The notes under the pieces were generated by a model. That model did not search any database and was not told where the DNA came from. It saw only the letters and a program-made list of their open reading frames with translations. The translations under genes and the position numbers were made by a program. From Cycas panzhihuaensis (lineage: Eukaryota; Plantae; Cycadophyta), in assembly GCA_023213395.1 (NCBI GenBank), contig CM041465.1, positions 154,449,741 to 154,513,740 of the forward strand: 64,000 bases of DNA. The letters run 5' to 3'. Positions 14,400-27,306 of the stretch are shown in pieces (within the stretch, counting starts at the first letter, position 1; each line of letters begins with the position of its first letter).

Positions 14400-17300
14400 A
14401 TTATGTATAACTCCAAGTTTTCTCTGAATTTATAAAACTTAACCTTTCCAAGTACCTTTGTAAAAATGTTTCTTACTTAATCTTTTGTGTTGTGGTAGAC
14501 CAACTCAATCTCACTTGCTTAAACAAGTTCTAGAATGAAACGATATTACACTTCAATATGTTTGGTTCTACCATGGAAAGCTAGATTATGTGTCATTTGA
14601 ATAGTGCTTTGATTATCACACCAAATCTTGGTAGGACTCTTCTATTCCATCTAAAGATCATGTAGAAGTTGATGTAATCACATTGTTTCACATGCACTTG
14701 AAATTGCTACCTTATACTCTACTTCTATTATAGATAATGAAATAATATTATAGTTTTTGGAACTCCATGTAATAGTTATTAAGCTTAAGTTAAATGTATA
14801 CCCAGAAGTAGATTTTTTGTTATTAATGCCACCTGCCTAGTCAAATTCTGTATACCCACTCAATTTGAAATTTGGTATATATGTATAGTGTAGCCTATAA
14901 TTTGTTGTACCCTTTAAATACCATAGAATATTCTTAAATACTTGCCAATGAGGGGATTTAGGGTCTTGCATGAACCTTGATACAACACTAACCACATGCA
15001 TAATATCGGGTTTTGTAGATATTAAACATATCAAACTGCCAATCAACTATCTATAAAGTGTGGGATCCACTAGTGTAGAGTCATCAAGTTTGGATAGCTT
15101 AATGCTAACTTTAGTTGGTGTAGATAAAGGCTTACAATCACTCGTCTTAAACTTTTGAAGTAAGTCTAAGGTATATTTTCTTTGAGAGATGAAAATACCA
15201 TTATTATCATTCTAGAATTTCAATACTAAGAAGTAGTATATTAAACCTAAGTTAATCATCTCAAACTTTTTATATATGTCATCTTTAAATTTTTGTGAGA
15301 GGTTGGAATCATTTCCAATATAGACAAGGTCATCAATATAAATTCCCATGATTAATATGGAATCTCCTTTAATTTAAATATATAAATTTAGATTCGATTG
15401 AGTTCTTTTGAATTCCCAGTCTCTAAAATATTTGTTAATCCTAGAGTACCATGCTTTAGGTGCTTATTTTAAGCCATAAAGTTTTTTTTTTAATTTGTAT
15501 ACTTTATTTTATTCCCCCCTAACTTTAAAACCTTATGGTTCTTATATATATATATATATATATATATAATCTTCTTTAATATAGCCATTAAGGAATGCAT
15601 TTTTAACATCCATCTACTGAACATCCCAATTATTTTAGGCAACTAGATTTAATATAATATGAATTATTTCTATCTGTGTAATAGGAGTAAACATTTTGCT
15701 ATAATCTATGTCTTCCCTTTGGGTATATCCCTTAGGAATGAGTCTAAATTTGTGTTTGTCAATGGATCCATCATATCTAAATTTGGTCTTATAGATCCAT
15801 TTGGTTCCAATGGTCATTTTATTAGGAGGAAGGTCAATAAGTTCCCATCTATCATTTTTTACTATAGAATTATATTCTTCTTCTGTATCTTTTCTCTATT
15901 CATCATGGGCTCATGGGTTTCTATAACTTGACTCATAAGGGCAAAATTAACATAATGCAAATGAGTAGATCTTCTGTTATAGTTATTGTCCAAAATACTA
16001 TCTAAGTCATGACTTCTTTGCACCTATTTGGGGAATCTTTGAGGTTGAGAGGAGGTTCTCACTCCAATTGGTCTTGGTACATCAATGTTTTATCTCAGAT
16101 CCTCTCTAGGTGGTATATATATGGACCTAAGGGATGAGTTAAAATTTATAATAACACCTTTACCTTTGTCTTGAATACAATATAAGTGATAGTAGTCATC
16201 TTCTTTGAACACAACATCCTTACTAACCATGACCTTTCTTTATTTAGGGTCATATACCTTATATGATTTGGAAGCATCACTATACCTAATAAATATACAC
16301 TTAATGCTTTTGTCATCAATCTTGGTCCTCTTTTATTTAGGAACATAGACATAAGCTAGACACTTAAAGATTCTCAAATGATGGATACTAGGTTTATAAC
16401 TAGTCCATGCTTCTTTAGGTATTATTCACCTAAGGGCCTTAGTGATACACCTATTTTGGAGGTAGACTATAATGTGGGTAAGTTTTGCCTAAAATTCACG
16501 TCCCATTTATTTATCTTTTAATATGCACCTAGCCATCTTAACTATGGTGTAATTTTCTCATTCAGTAACCCCATTTTGTTGTGGAGTGTAAGGGTTGGTA
16601 TGTTATCTCATAATACTATGTATGTATAATAGGCATTAAATTATTTTGAAATAAACTCTCCCTCATTATTTGATCTTAAGGAGAGTACCTTATATCCACT
16701 TTAATTTTCAACAAAGGTTTTGAAGTCTATGAAATATCTAAATGCATCTGATTCAAATTTCAAGAAATAAACCCATGTTTTCCATGTGTAATCATGAATG
16801 AATGCAAGGAAATATTTTATACCAACTAATGATAGGACATCCATAGGACCATAAAGATCTATATAGATCAAATGAAGAGGTCCCTTTGCTCTATAACTTT
16901 CATTACGAAAACTTTTCCTATGTTGTTTTCCTAGAAGAAAACCTTCACAAATGTCGTTATCAGTTTCAATTTGTGATAGTCCTTTAACCATATTCATTTT
17001 CTTCATAAGATCTAGGCTTCTATAATTTAAGTAGCCAAATCTTTTATGCCATATGTCATTATCTAATTTTATTATAGTCTTTAAAGCATAGTTATTCAAA
17101 GGAGTTAAGACTAGCTTAAAAAAGCTATCCTTAGTCATTTATCCTTTTACAACCACTACTTTATTCTTTCTCTTGTCCTTAATTATATATTTACCATTGT
17201 TAAATATGACCTTGTAATCCTACTCCATTATTTATCCCATAGATAAAATATTTTTCTTTAGTGCTAGAACATATAAAACTTTATCAAGGTATCTATCTTC

Positions 17301-18621
17301 ACATGTATCTATTGTGATAATAACTTTTCCCCTTCTAGTTGACTTATGTAAGGTATCATCTCCAAACATGATTGACCCCTTTTTAGTTTTTCTCAATGGT
17401 TTGAAATATATCCTCTTTGTGAGTCATATGTGTAGAGCAACCTGAATCAATATACCAACAATCTTCTTCCTTCTCATTTACAACAAAACTTGATATGAAT
17501 AGTCAATCATTTTCCCCTATTTCAACAATTATTTTTATACTACCCATTATAGGAGGGTCATTCTTAGTGAAACACCTATCCTCAGTATAGCCAATTTTGT
17601 GGCAAAAGGTGTAATGAATCATATCTCTTCCTCTTTAGCTCAAACTCATACTTTTAGGATTTGGTTTATTAATGGAGGATGTTCTATCTCTTTCCAAGTA
17701 TTGACCTTGATTATCCCTTCATCTATTATTGGGATGATTGAAGTTGGGCCTTTGTAAGTTTGTATGACCTTCAAAATTTTGGTAACATTGATTTGCTTCT
17801 TGATGTCTCTCTTGACCTTGATACCTTTATTGGTTAGGATACCTTTAATTTGCTCCTTGATTTCTTTGGTGGGAATCTTGATATCTAGGTTGTCATTCTT
17901 AATGTGCCTCTTGTATAGGGTTTCTATCTCTTCCCCTTGGGGATTGGTTCCTAAATCTGGAACTTTTAGTTTGACAGTTAGACTTGATCATTATTTTGGT
18001 TATAAATGCATGTTCTAGTGATTTACTTGAGCTTTTCGTTTCCTCAACTACTATTAACATGGAACTTAATTATTTAATCTTTAAGGTACTTATATCTTTT
18101 GATACATCTATGTTGTTTCCTACCATTTTAAATATCTTCACTTTACTAATACATCTTATAATCCTCTCAACAACCCTTTGTTTAGTTAGGGTTTCACCAA
18201 GCGATCTTATTTAATTTACAAGATCTTAAACCTTTATTATAAATTCATTAATAGAATCATTGGGCATTATTCTCAAATTCTTAAATCTACTCCTCAATGT
18301 TTAGAACTTAGAAGAAGATACATCTTTATAAATAAGTTGTAAGGTGTCCCATACTTCCTTAGATACTTGACTAACACTTGGAAAAATATGGTCTTCTAGG
18401 GCACAAAAGATCAAAGCTAGAGCTTCATTATCTTTCTTTACACACTCCTTGAATACTTATTTTTCTACTTTTGTTACATTTTAGCTAAGTTCTGTATAAC
18501 CTATATTTATAATATCCCACATATCCTTAATAATGAGGATAGGTCTCATCCTTCTACTTCAATTTAAGAAATTTAATCCATTAAATTTAGAAATAATCAT
18601 ATTTCCAAAACTAGTTACCAT
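14400..18621 (-). pseudogene. Copia D gag-pol (Gag, PR, INT, RT, RNase H)
   Basis: MVTSFGNMIISKFNGLNF (gag start); WYIDSGCSTHM (PR); IWHKRFGYLN...KTWVYFLK (INT); IGTKWIYKTK...KFRLIPKGYTQ and IGSLICLISTKPDIMHVVS (RT). Confidence 0.92.
15543..15569. repeat. (TA)n microsatellite within Copia D RT
   Basis: Directly visible TA run. Confidence 0.9.
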
Positions 18622-18732
18622 TATGTTTCAAATTAAGTTTTTATTTAAATGTCTCCCAAAGTATAAGTTTCTCAAGGTATAGTTTTCAAATATGTCCTAT
18701 TCCCTAAGAGGGTTACTAGGCTCTATATTTAT

Positions 18733-18991
18733 GTGTCTCTAAAAAAAGCCTTCAGTTATTACTCTGTCTAATGGTGTTTATCCACAAGTGGCAAATTAGG
18801 GACCTAATATACTGGTACATAAGTACTTAGCTCTATATGACCCATTACAAGGGCTATAAAGAAGGTATAATACCCCTTGACTCATCTTTCCACCTGTGTT
18901 TGACTTATTCTTAGCAATAGATCTAGCAGTGATGGCTTAACAACCAAAGGTACTCACCCTCTCCAGGATTAGCCTTGGTCTTTGAACTCTA
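18733..18991 (-). promoter_or_regulatory. Conserved non-coding leader element upstream of gag (copy in Copia D)
   Basis: Aligns collinearly with 45736-45993 of Copia H, including the identical 18-mer CAATAGATCTAGCAGTGA. Confidence 0.7.
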
Positions 18992-19239
18992 GAAAAAAAT
19001 AAGTTTCTCACCTCAACCTACCACCTAATACTCCTGATAGCCAATGGAATTCCTCATGCAATATAAATAGGCCAAGGGCATGCCCATGGTGGTAACTTTA
19101 AGGGTCCTAATCATTCTCCTTGCAAGGTTAGAAAAATAGGAGGTTCTTTCAAAATATTATCTTATTTAATGTAAAATATATATTTTATTATAGTCTTGCT
19201 TAGCAAAAATAGGTTCCTTCTTAATCAATAAATAAAAAG

Positions 19240-19760
19240 TAACTTAATAATAAAATGAAAGATATATTCCTTTAAATGAAATTAATGAATGTATCCTTTT
19301 TTAATGAAATGTATAAATGAAATAAGTAGGATTTCAAAATAACTCAAACAAGCTCTAAAATAAAATGAAATAAAATAGCCTTTAAATGAAATTATAAACA
19401 TGTAATAGGATATACTCTAAATGAACTTTTATATGTAATAGTTAATCTTTTAAAATAAACTTTAATAAAGAGATAAAATAATCAATGATGATCAAAGTAA
19501 GCATCTTATAAGTTTTAATATATAGATGAATAAAATTGAAAATAAATGAGCAACAAATACATCTTTATATAAGCCCTTTTTAGATGAAAGAAGATAGCCT
19601 TGAATGCACTTGATATATGCCTTTAAAATAAAATAATTTAACCCTTAAATAAGTAAAATATTATTGATATAAGCTTTAACATAAAATAAATGAGCTATAA
19701 CATGAAATAACAACTTAAAATAGAATTATTGAGAGTTTACAAAGCACTTGTTTATGAGAT
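19240..19760. repeat. Degenerate A-rich tandem repeats in the Copia D leader
   Basis: Recurrent (C)CTTTAAATGAAAT / CTTTAAAATAAAAT motifs. Confidence 0.5.
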
Positions 19761-22053
19761 TGGCATCTAAAGTTCTTCTTCTCTTTTGAGAGGCCAAATT
19801 TGACTAAAAAACTAAAAAAATCATATGTGAGCCTCTAAAATCAAGTGAAAATAGTCAAAGATGGATTAGTATCTCAATAACATATAAATATATTTAAATG
19901 AAATAATAAAATAGCTCAAAAATATTAAAAAATGCTCAAACTTAAATCAAATAAAAAGGCTAATTTTATTAGCCTTAAACTCCTACACAATAGATTCAAA
20001 ACATAATAAAAATAGCTTTAGTATGTAGATCATCAAATTATCTTTCCAACAAATCCAACTATTTGAAAAATAAATTCCTACATCAAAAGTTATAAGAGAA
20101 TCCATAAGGATGGTCTATTATGCTGAAAAAATTAAGGGGGGGGGGGGGGGGTTAAGCCCCTTTCAACAGAGCCTCTGGTCACTTGAATGATGAATAGAAC
20201 CAGATACTAGGTTGAACAAAAGACTAGCAAACACCAAAGCATTATGTAAAATGGTTAGTTTTCTTTATATTTCAAAAATAATTAGTTGATTTTATTAAAA
20301 AAGAGAATGCACTTTTTAATGTTAAAATGAAGGTCATATGGCTTGAATCAGTGACTAAGGGCTAACAAATGGAGGCCCAAACTTTAAGAAACATGTAATA
20401 ATATTAAATCAAATATTATAAGGTTTGAAACTTAAATAAAGTTGAAAAAATACTATTCTGTGATCCCACATGTGAATGGGCAACTTTCGACGAGTGCATG
20501 AGGATTAATCTAGCCTTAAATTAGCCTAAACAAGTTTGGGATAGATCAAGAGAGCTAGATTAGGGCCAATCCAAGCTAATACAAGCAAAAACTGGTCACC
20601 AATGGTGAAAACAATGTCAGGATAAATAAATAAAGTTGTGGTAGGTCAATGGACAATGTGGGGGCTATATAGCTCAAGGAAGGCCAAAAAACACTCAGTG
20701 ACAGCTTTACTCAGCTCTTATCAAGCCTACTACACTATTCCAAAAAGATTTGAGGTGAAATGAAAGCAAAATAAGTAGTTTATAAGAGGTTCACTAGGGG
20801 TTCCAGTGGCTAGAAAGAGTGACTCTACTTCTAAGAGGGAGATCTCAGCACAAAAGTGACAATTTCTCAAATCGTCAATTCTATTGTGGAGTTGACTCTC
20901 AAAGGATTCCAATGAGTGTGGAGAGAGCACCAACCTACATAAGTCTAGGCAATGGGTAGAGACCTAAAAAAATAATGAAAAAGGGTTTAAAAAGTTATGA
21001 AATATTAGACAAAACATAGATATAAAAGTTCCAAATAAATGTTAGGTCATGTATACGAGTTCTAGCTACAAAAATCTAGAGAATATTGATTAAAATGGAG
21101 TGTATGAATCAAATATTTAATAAAAACTATATAAGAACTATTGATAAAACTTTATAAACTAAGAAAATATTCAACAAAAACCTTGTCGTGTGTCTTATAC
21201 ATATGCTCTAATACCAAATGTTAGATATAGGGGATATAGCGAAGTAACAAAATATTAATCCATATTGAAAATAATCAACATAATCTCTAATCTTTGAAGG
21301 TGGTGTTAAAAAATGCCAGGGTACTCCACCCCTTTAATTTATAGATTGGGAGACAGACAGGAGCTCACCTCAATTAACATATTTCAAAATTAAAATAATA
21401 AGAAATCAAAACAATAAAATATACTTACCTTAATAGTTGATGGCTTAAGGATGGCTTGAGATGGCTAGTGGTAGCCCACATGTTCCCAATGCGTATGCTC
21501 GCACACTTTTAATGAATAGTAATGAATATTAATGCTTACACATACTACTAACATCTAGCTCAACTAGTGTCTTCTTAATAATATATTATATTTCAAGTTA
21601 AGGTCAATGATGGTTATTTCAATTAGGACTATTTTTCCTTCTACTATAAGAGGCACCATTACTTTCCAATGAGAACCTTTTATATATTGTCATAACCTTG
21701 GTATACCCATTTGATAGGCTTATAAGCAAAGACTTTGAATCTTCCAAAAGTCTAATAATTATCATATGTCTTCCTTAGTTTGAATATTGATGTATAAGGG
21801 TACCATAGAATTATGATCTTTTACATCGTATCGCTTAAGCCTCAAAGGGCCAAACGAGAGGATGGGTGTAGTAGCATTATTTTGCTTCATACCCAATGCA
21901 TTTAATAATAGTATCTTTTATTTAGGATAACTTTCCAAAAGATCAAGTATATATAAAAAGGTTTTTCTTTAATTAGTTGTGGAAGGGGTTAGCTTGTTAA
22001 TGATCTTTTATTATTCTTTAAAATTTTTCATCTTCTAATAACATTTTTGGCTA

Positions 22054-24271
22054 TGTTGGAAAAAATATATTATAGGAGAATAGGGCAGAATATATAATGG
22101 AATCACATAGATCAATATTGCAATACATCAATGTAGTAATGTAGCATAGACCATGAAAGCATTATATTCAATCCATTATGTAGTGAAGTGAGCATTACAA
22201 ATTTCCTAAATGAGGGTAGTGTCTCAAGATACTAGGGTTGCATACACCTTAATATTTATAATTTTGGGGGAGGAGGGAAACTCCTCAATCCTTGAAATTT
22301 AAATTAACAATAAAATAATGCTAACTTAACTCAAATGAAACTAACTCAAATTAACATTAACTTACCTACACATGTTGATCACCCACATGTGTAAAATGAG
22401 CTTGATGAGGTGTACAATCCTGGTTAGAAGGAGAACAGGGTAGAACATAGAATAGAATCATATAGATCAATATTACAATACATCAATGTAACAATGTAGC
22501 ATAAACCATGAAAGCATTGTATTGAATCCATTGTGTAGTGAAGTGAGCATTACAAATTTTCCAAATGAGGGCAGTGTCTTAGATGGCCAGGCATTGGTAA
22601 AATTTCACAATGATCCGTTGTCTATGTGCTGAGAACAGACTTGTAGATCAAATGAAGGCCAAACCAGAGTAGTAGATGATCAAGATGAAATATCTGACTA
22701 TCTGATTAGTGAAATCATGAACCGTCTCTTTCACTGGATTGTTGACTCAACAAGAATCACAACAAGTGGTCACTTTCTAGGGTTTTGAGTGGCAGATCTA
22801 ATGCATAAGTTTTCCAAACCAAGGGATAAAGTCACCCAAAAATAAAAAATGGAAAATGTAAAAATAAGAAAAAATATTTAAAATTTTAAATAAATAAACT
22901 TTATAGTATGTAAAGTTTAAGATTTAAATATGAATAATCAAACCAATGTGTTGTAGATGTGTTGTAGTTACTCAAAATCTGAAGAAAATAGTGAAACAGA
23001 CAATAAATACTGTAATATATCTTCTCCAAAAGGGCTTTTAGACTGAATATACACTAAAAACCTATAGATTTGAAAAAATACTTGAAAATATGGTTAAATA
23101 TGTGATGAAAAAATATAGATCTAAAATAAATCAACTAGAAAATGGTGTAATAGTTGCTGAAATAAGCAGATCTGAAATGAAATATAGTAGATCTAAAGTA
23201 AAAGTTACAGATCTTGAAGAAAACTTTGATAACTTTTATATGCAGCTAATCTTCTTCACAGATCCATGAAAAATACCAGATAAATAGATAGAAATCTGTT
23301 TAAAAAATGCTAAATAATTGATAAAAATATATAGATCTGAGAAAATATATCATAAATATGAAGAAAACTTATATAAATCTTGCATGCAGCTAAAAATCCT
23401 TCACAAATCTTTAAAAAAATGTAGCTTGTAGTTGAAATCTGCTGATCTCCTTCATAGATCTGGAAATATAAACAAGAATCTACTAAAAAATGGTGAAATA
23501 TATGATAAAAAAATATAGATCTGAAGAAAGATAGCTCAAATCTTAGAAAAAACTTAGATAAATGTGGCTTGTTGCTAAAATCCTTCACAGATCTACATAA
23601 ATCTATGAAAAAATTTGAAATATCTTTGTTAGTTTTTAAATTTAACTGAATAATAAGTAAATCTTGATGAAAAATATCTGAAACTGTTGGAAAACATGTG
23701 CAGAAAATAAGTATAACTAGATCTTCTTCCTTGAGTAAATCTGCCTCAAAATCTTCTTGCTTCTTTAAAAAATTTCAACAAGCTAGTAATTGACTGCTCT
23801 GATACTAAATGAAAGAAAAAAAATGAGCTAAACTAAGCTCTGATACCAAATGTTGGAAAAAATATATTGCAGGAGAATAGGTCAGAACATAGAATAGAAT
23901 CACATAGATCAATATTGTAATACATCAATGTAGCAATGTAGCATAAACTATAAAAGCATTGCATTCAATCCATTGTGTAGTGAAGTGAGCATTACAAATT
24001 TCCCAAATGAGGGGCAGTGTCTCAAGACACCAGGGTTGCACACCCCTCAATATTTATAATTTTGGGGTAGGAGGGAAACTCCTCAACCCCTGAAATTTAA
24101 ATTAACAATAAAATAATGCTAACTTAACTCAAATGAAACTAACTCAAATTAACATTAACTTACCTTAACTTACCTACACATGTTGAGCACCCACATGTGT
24201 AAAATAAGGTTAATGAGGTGTACAATCCTGGTTGGAAGGTGGGAGTGGAGTGATGATGATTAACTCCAATA
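22054..24271 (-). mobile_element. Element E: non-coding, deleted LTR element with double PBS and a partially duplicated LTR
   Basis: TSD GGCTA (22049-22053, 24272-24276). Full LTR 23851-24271; truncated LTR 22054-22430 followed by a partial third copy ~22430-22585. Perfect PBS revcomp GCTCTGATACCA 23837-23848 and a second GCTCTGATACTA 23796-23807. Confidence 0.9.
22970..23740. repeat. Degenerate tandem repeats with (C/T)AGATCT core in the element E leader
   Basis: Many AAATATAGATCTGAA / CAGATCT variants. Confidence 0.6.
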
Positions 24272-25278
24272 GGCTATGCCTTTTAGATTTATGGTAGGTG
24301 TTCCATAACTCAGATTTAATTTTTAGTTCACTCTTGATTAATTTTGTTTAATATAATGGGTGAACTATGCATGCATTTTAGTCTTACTAACTTAAGAGGG
24401 ATTGGAAACTAACTCAGTTGAAATGGATCCCTCTAAATCCCTCATATAGATGAAAGATAGTCATAAATTTTATTGCCATAGGTAGATTTTTCTTCTTTAG
24501 AAGACTCCTATTTATCTTTAGTAATAGATATTTTGGCCAACTTCTTAACTCTGAATTAAATCTCAAAAGAATCCAAGTCTAAGCATTTTTTTTATGGTAC
24601 TCTTATAAGATGTGGGCCCTGATTTGAGTACTTCTAAGTAGACTAGAGGCCTAAGGGTACTAATAAATATATTAAAATGGAGATCATGATTAAATAGAGT
24701 TTTGCATATATGGACCAAGCCTTGGATGTATTAAATTAAGTCATGGATGAAATAATCAATCAAATTCAAATTTGATGTCCTTCTATACTTCATTAGTAAC
24801 AACTAGTTCATGACTACATTTAGTAGCTTTGTAGATCGCTTCATTACCTTCATGAGTAAAATCACATCCTTTATTACAAACTTATACATAAGCTTATAAG
24901 ATGACTAGATTTTATACTATATGAAGAATATTTCTCCAAGGGTATCCCAAAGTTTCACCCACCAAACTATAGTACAAAATCATCCTCAAAGCTCTAAACC
25001 AAAGAAAACATATTTAAAATGTGAATACCCCCCAAAACTACATGCATAACACCTGGTATAGATACCCAATCATGGGTGAAATAAATACCACATACCTTAT
25101 TCAATATAGAAAAGGGTTTTACTCCTATCTTTAAGGGTTGATCTACATCAAAGTAGTTGATAAAAAGGTTGACTAGTTATTAAAATAAGTGAACTAAGCT
25201 TTAGGGCATCCTCTAAAACCACTTTAATACATCATTTAGAAATGTCCTTAGAAAAAGTTTTATTATAATGTTATTATT

Positions 25279-26955
25279 TGTGAGGTAATTTATGCATGAT
25301 AAATCAAAATATTATATATCATTTATGAGATCTTACGTTGTTTCTTTTTCAAATTTTAGTAACTTAGGTATGAGGGGGGTAAGTTATACATAAGAACTTT
25401 TCCTAAAAGGGATTTCCTTGTGTAGTTAGTATAAGATTTTCTAACCATGAGAAGATAAGACATATAATAAATAATTGGATATGAGTTAAGTGCCCATCCA
25501 TATGTGGGATAACCTTGAAAATGATGGGATTAAACTTATGGGAGGACCATATTGGGCCATACATATAGAAATCTAAGATTTAATCCTTAAAAACAGTGGC
25601 TACCTAGTTATAGAAAAGTTAAATGTGTGGCTAGATTAGTTGTCATGGGTTGAATCCTATGACTTAGTAGGGTACAAGTATTAAGCCATATAGGCTCCCT
25701 TATTGGTTGGAAATTCTATGGGGAAGTTACAAGAAAGGGGAGAGGTTGGGATGACCAGATATACTAAGTTTTAGTAAGGTGGGGCTATGCTTGATGAGGG
25801 TGCTTATTAATTCTAAGTAGGGAAGTTAGCCATGTGACCAACTAATATGGGTCCCATGTAGAAGTTTTATATAGAAATTCTAGTAGATGGGTAAGTTATA
25901 GGTAGTAGAGAAATGATCATATGAGGATATGTAATAGAATAAATAGACGAAGTTATTATTAGGGGGCATTATCCTAATTATGGGCCTTTTATTAAGTTAT
26001 GATAAAAAAGGATTGAGTATGTATGTTGGTTGGTTGATTACCCCTATTTGTTGTGAGTTGGCATTATATCTATAATAAGGGACCATATTTAAACCTTAAA
26101 TAATAAGAGAGAACTAGGAATTCCTTATCAAATTTATATATTCCATCCTAATATGACCTTATGATTTGAGATTAAGGGTGATGTTAAGATTCTAGGAAAT
26201 TTTCCAAATATCTATTGTATTAAGATTTTGTGTGGCAATTTTTGCAATATCACATGGTAATAAACTCATCCACATAAATATGTATTTAAATGAGTTAATT
26301 GTAAGGTGAACATTAAAGCCCCCATATTAGGAGAGTTAGTGAATTCAATACATTCTATGAAAAGACCATGGAAATTAAGTCCAACCATGAGTGATAAAAA
26401 TTCAATTGGGTTTGTCTAGTCTAAATTATCATGAGGTGAAAAACCAAGTATGCAAATTTTTTACACTACTAATTTTGCAAAACCATTAAAATGATTCTAA
26501 GCCACAACTTAAGGAGATGGTGGAACCATACTTAGATTAGTTTTAATGTTGTTATGGTATTATTGAACCCAAATAGTCATGGCCATAAACATGGATTAAA
26601 GGTTACTAAAATGAAGTATTTAAAGTATTCTTCATCATCTTACTATTTGAAACTTTTTATATACCATGATTTAAATTAAATAATAATGAAAACCAAAAGT
26701 ATTTTTATCTACTAAATAATTTAAAACCCTACACAAAGAAGTAAAATATGATTTAATAAAAGAATAGGCTTTTCTTCAAGTGGCCTAAACTAAAGGGATG
26801 ATTATCTAAATCTATAATTAGATTAAGAAGGTATAAATATGGGTCTATGATATAATTTGAACCTTAGAAATAACATGTAATATGTGATCATTACAAGATA
26901 ATATTTAGGATCTTAAAAATATAAATAAGAATGGTTTTCAATATATTTTAGCTAA
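25279..26955 (+). mobile_element. Very degraded LTR plus leader/gag remnant (probably Copia)
   Basis: TGTGA(25279)...TCACA(26254) followed by PBS-like TGGTAATAAACT. Further Copia-like remnants (LWH motif) at ~28660-29150. Confidence 0.4.
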
Positions 26956-27306
26956 TGTAACCCTAGACAACAAGGAGAAGAGTGATTACAAGTGATTGTA
27001 AAGAAGGAATAGTAATGGGTTTACACTAGTCTTGTAGTAAGTTATTGGAAATTGATAACCAAAGGAGTTTTCACCTCTTAGGAATGCCTACCCCAATCTC
27101 CATTACAAACACCTTAGAGAAGAAGCAAAATCCATCATCTTCAAGCATATAAAGCAATACACATACTATTTGGGTCATATGTGACTATGAAATAATAATT
27201 AGTCCATCCTAATGATTATGGCTCTAAAAGGATAAAGTAAAAAAATTCCAACATCAAGGATCCAAGATTAGTCTACATACTTAGGGATGTGAAGTCCCAA
27301 GTCACA
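26956..27306 (-). repeat. Putative 3' LTR of a minus-strand element
   Basis: TGTAAC...GTCACA termini followed by the PPT reverse complement TTTCCCTCTTAAAG. Confidence 0.45.

Larger units (their letters stand above)
14061..21540 (-). mobile_element. Element D: structurally complete Ty1/Copia LTR retrotransposon, inactivated
   Basis: LTRs 14061-14381 and 21219-21540 (TG..CA); TSD CATAC on both sides; tRNA-Met(i)-type PBS (revcomp GCTCTAATACCA 21205-21216); PPT next to 14381; ~2.6-kb 5' leader. Confidence 0.95.
12811..24967 (-). mobile_element. Element C: Gypsy (non-chromovirus, Tat/Athila-like) gag-PR-RT remnant, split by elements D and E
   Basis: RT peptide MPFIDHILDQ...GFLRYNQITI...AFTIPWGTF (13018-13224). 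The sequence resumes after the TSDs of D and E. PBS-like remnant at ~24950-24967. RH/INT and the 3' LTR are missing. Confidence 0.7.

Noticed and set aside
20136-20162. Poly-G run with a GGGG-TTAA-GCCCC hairpin
   Set aside because: Simple homopolymer expansion with no further support for function.
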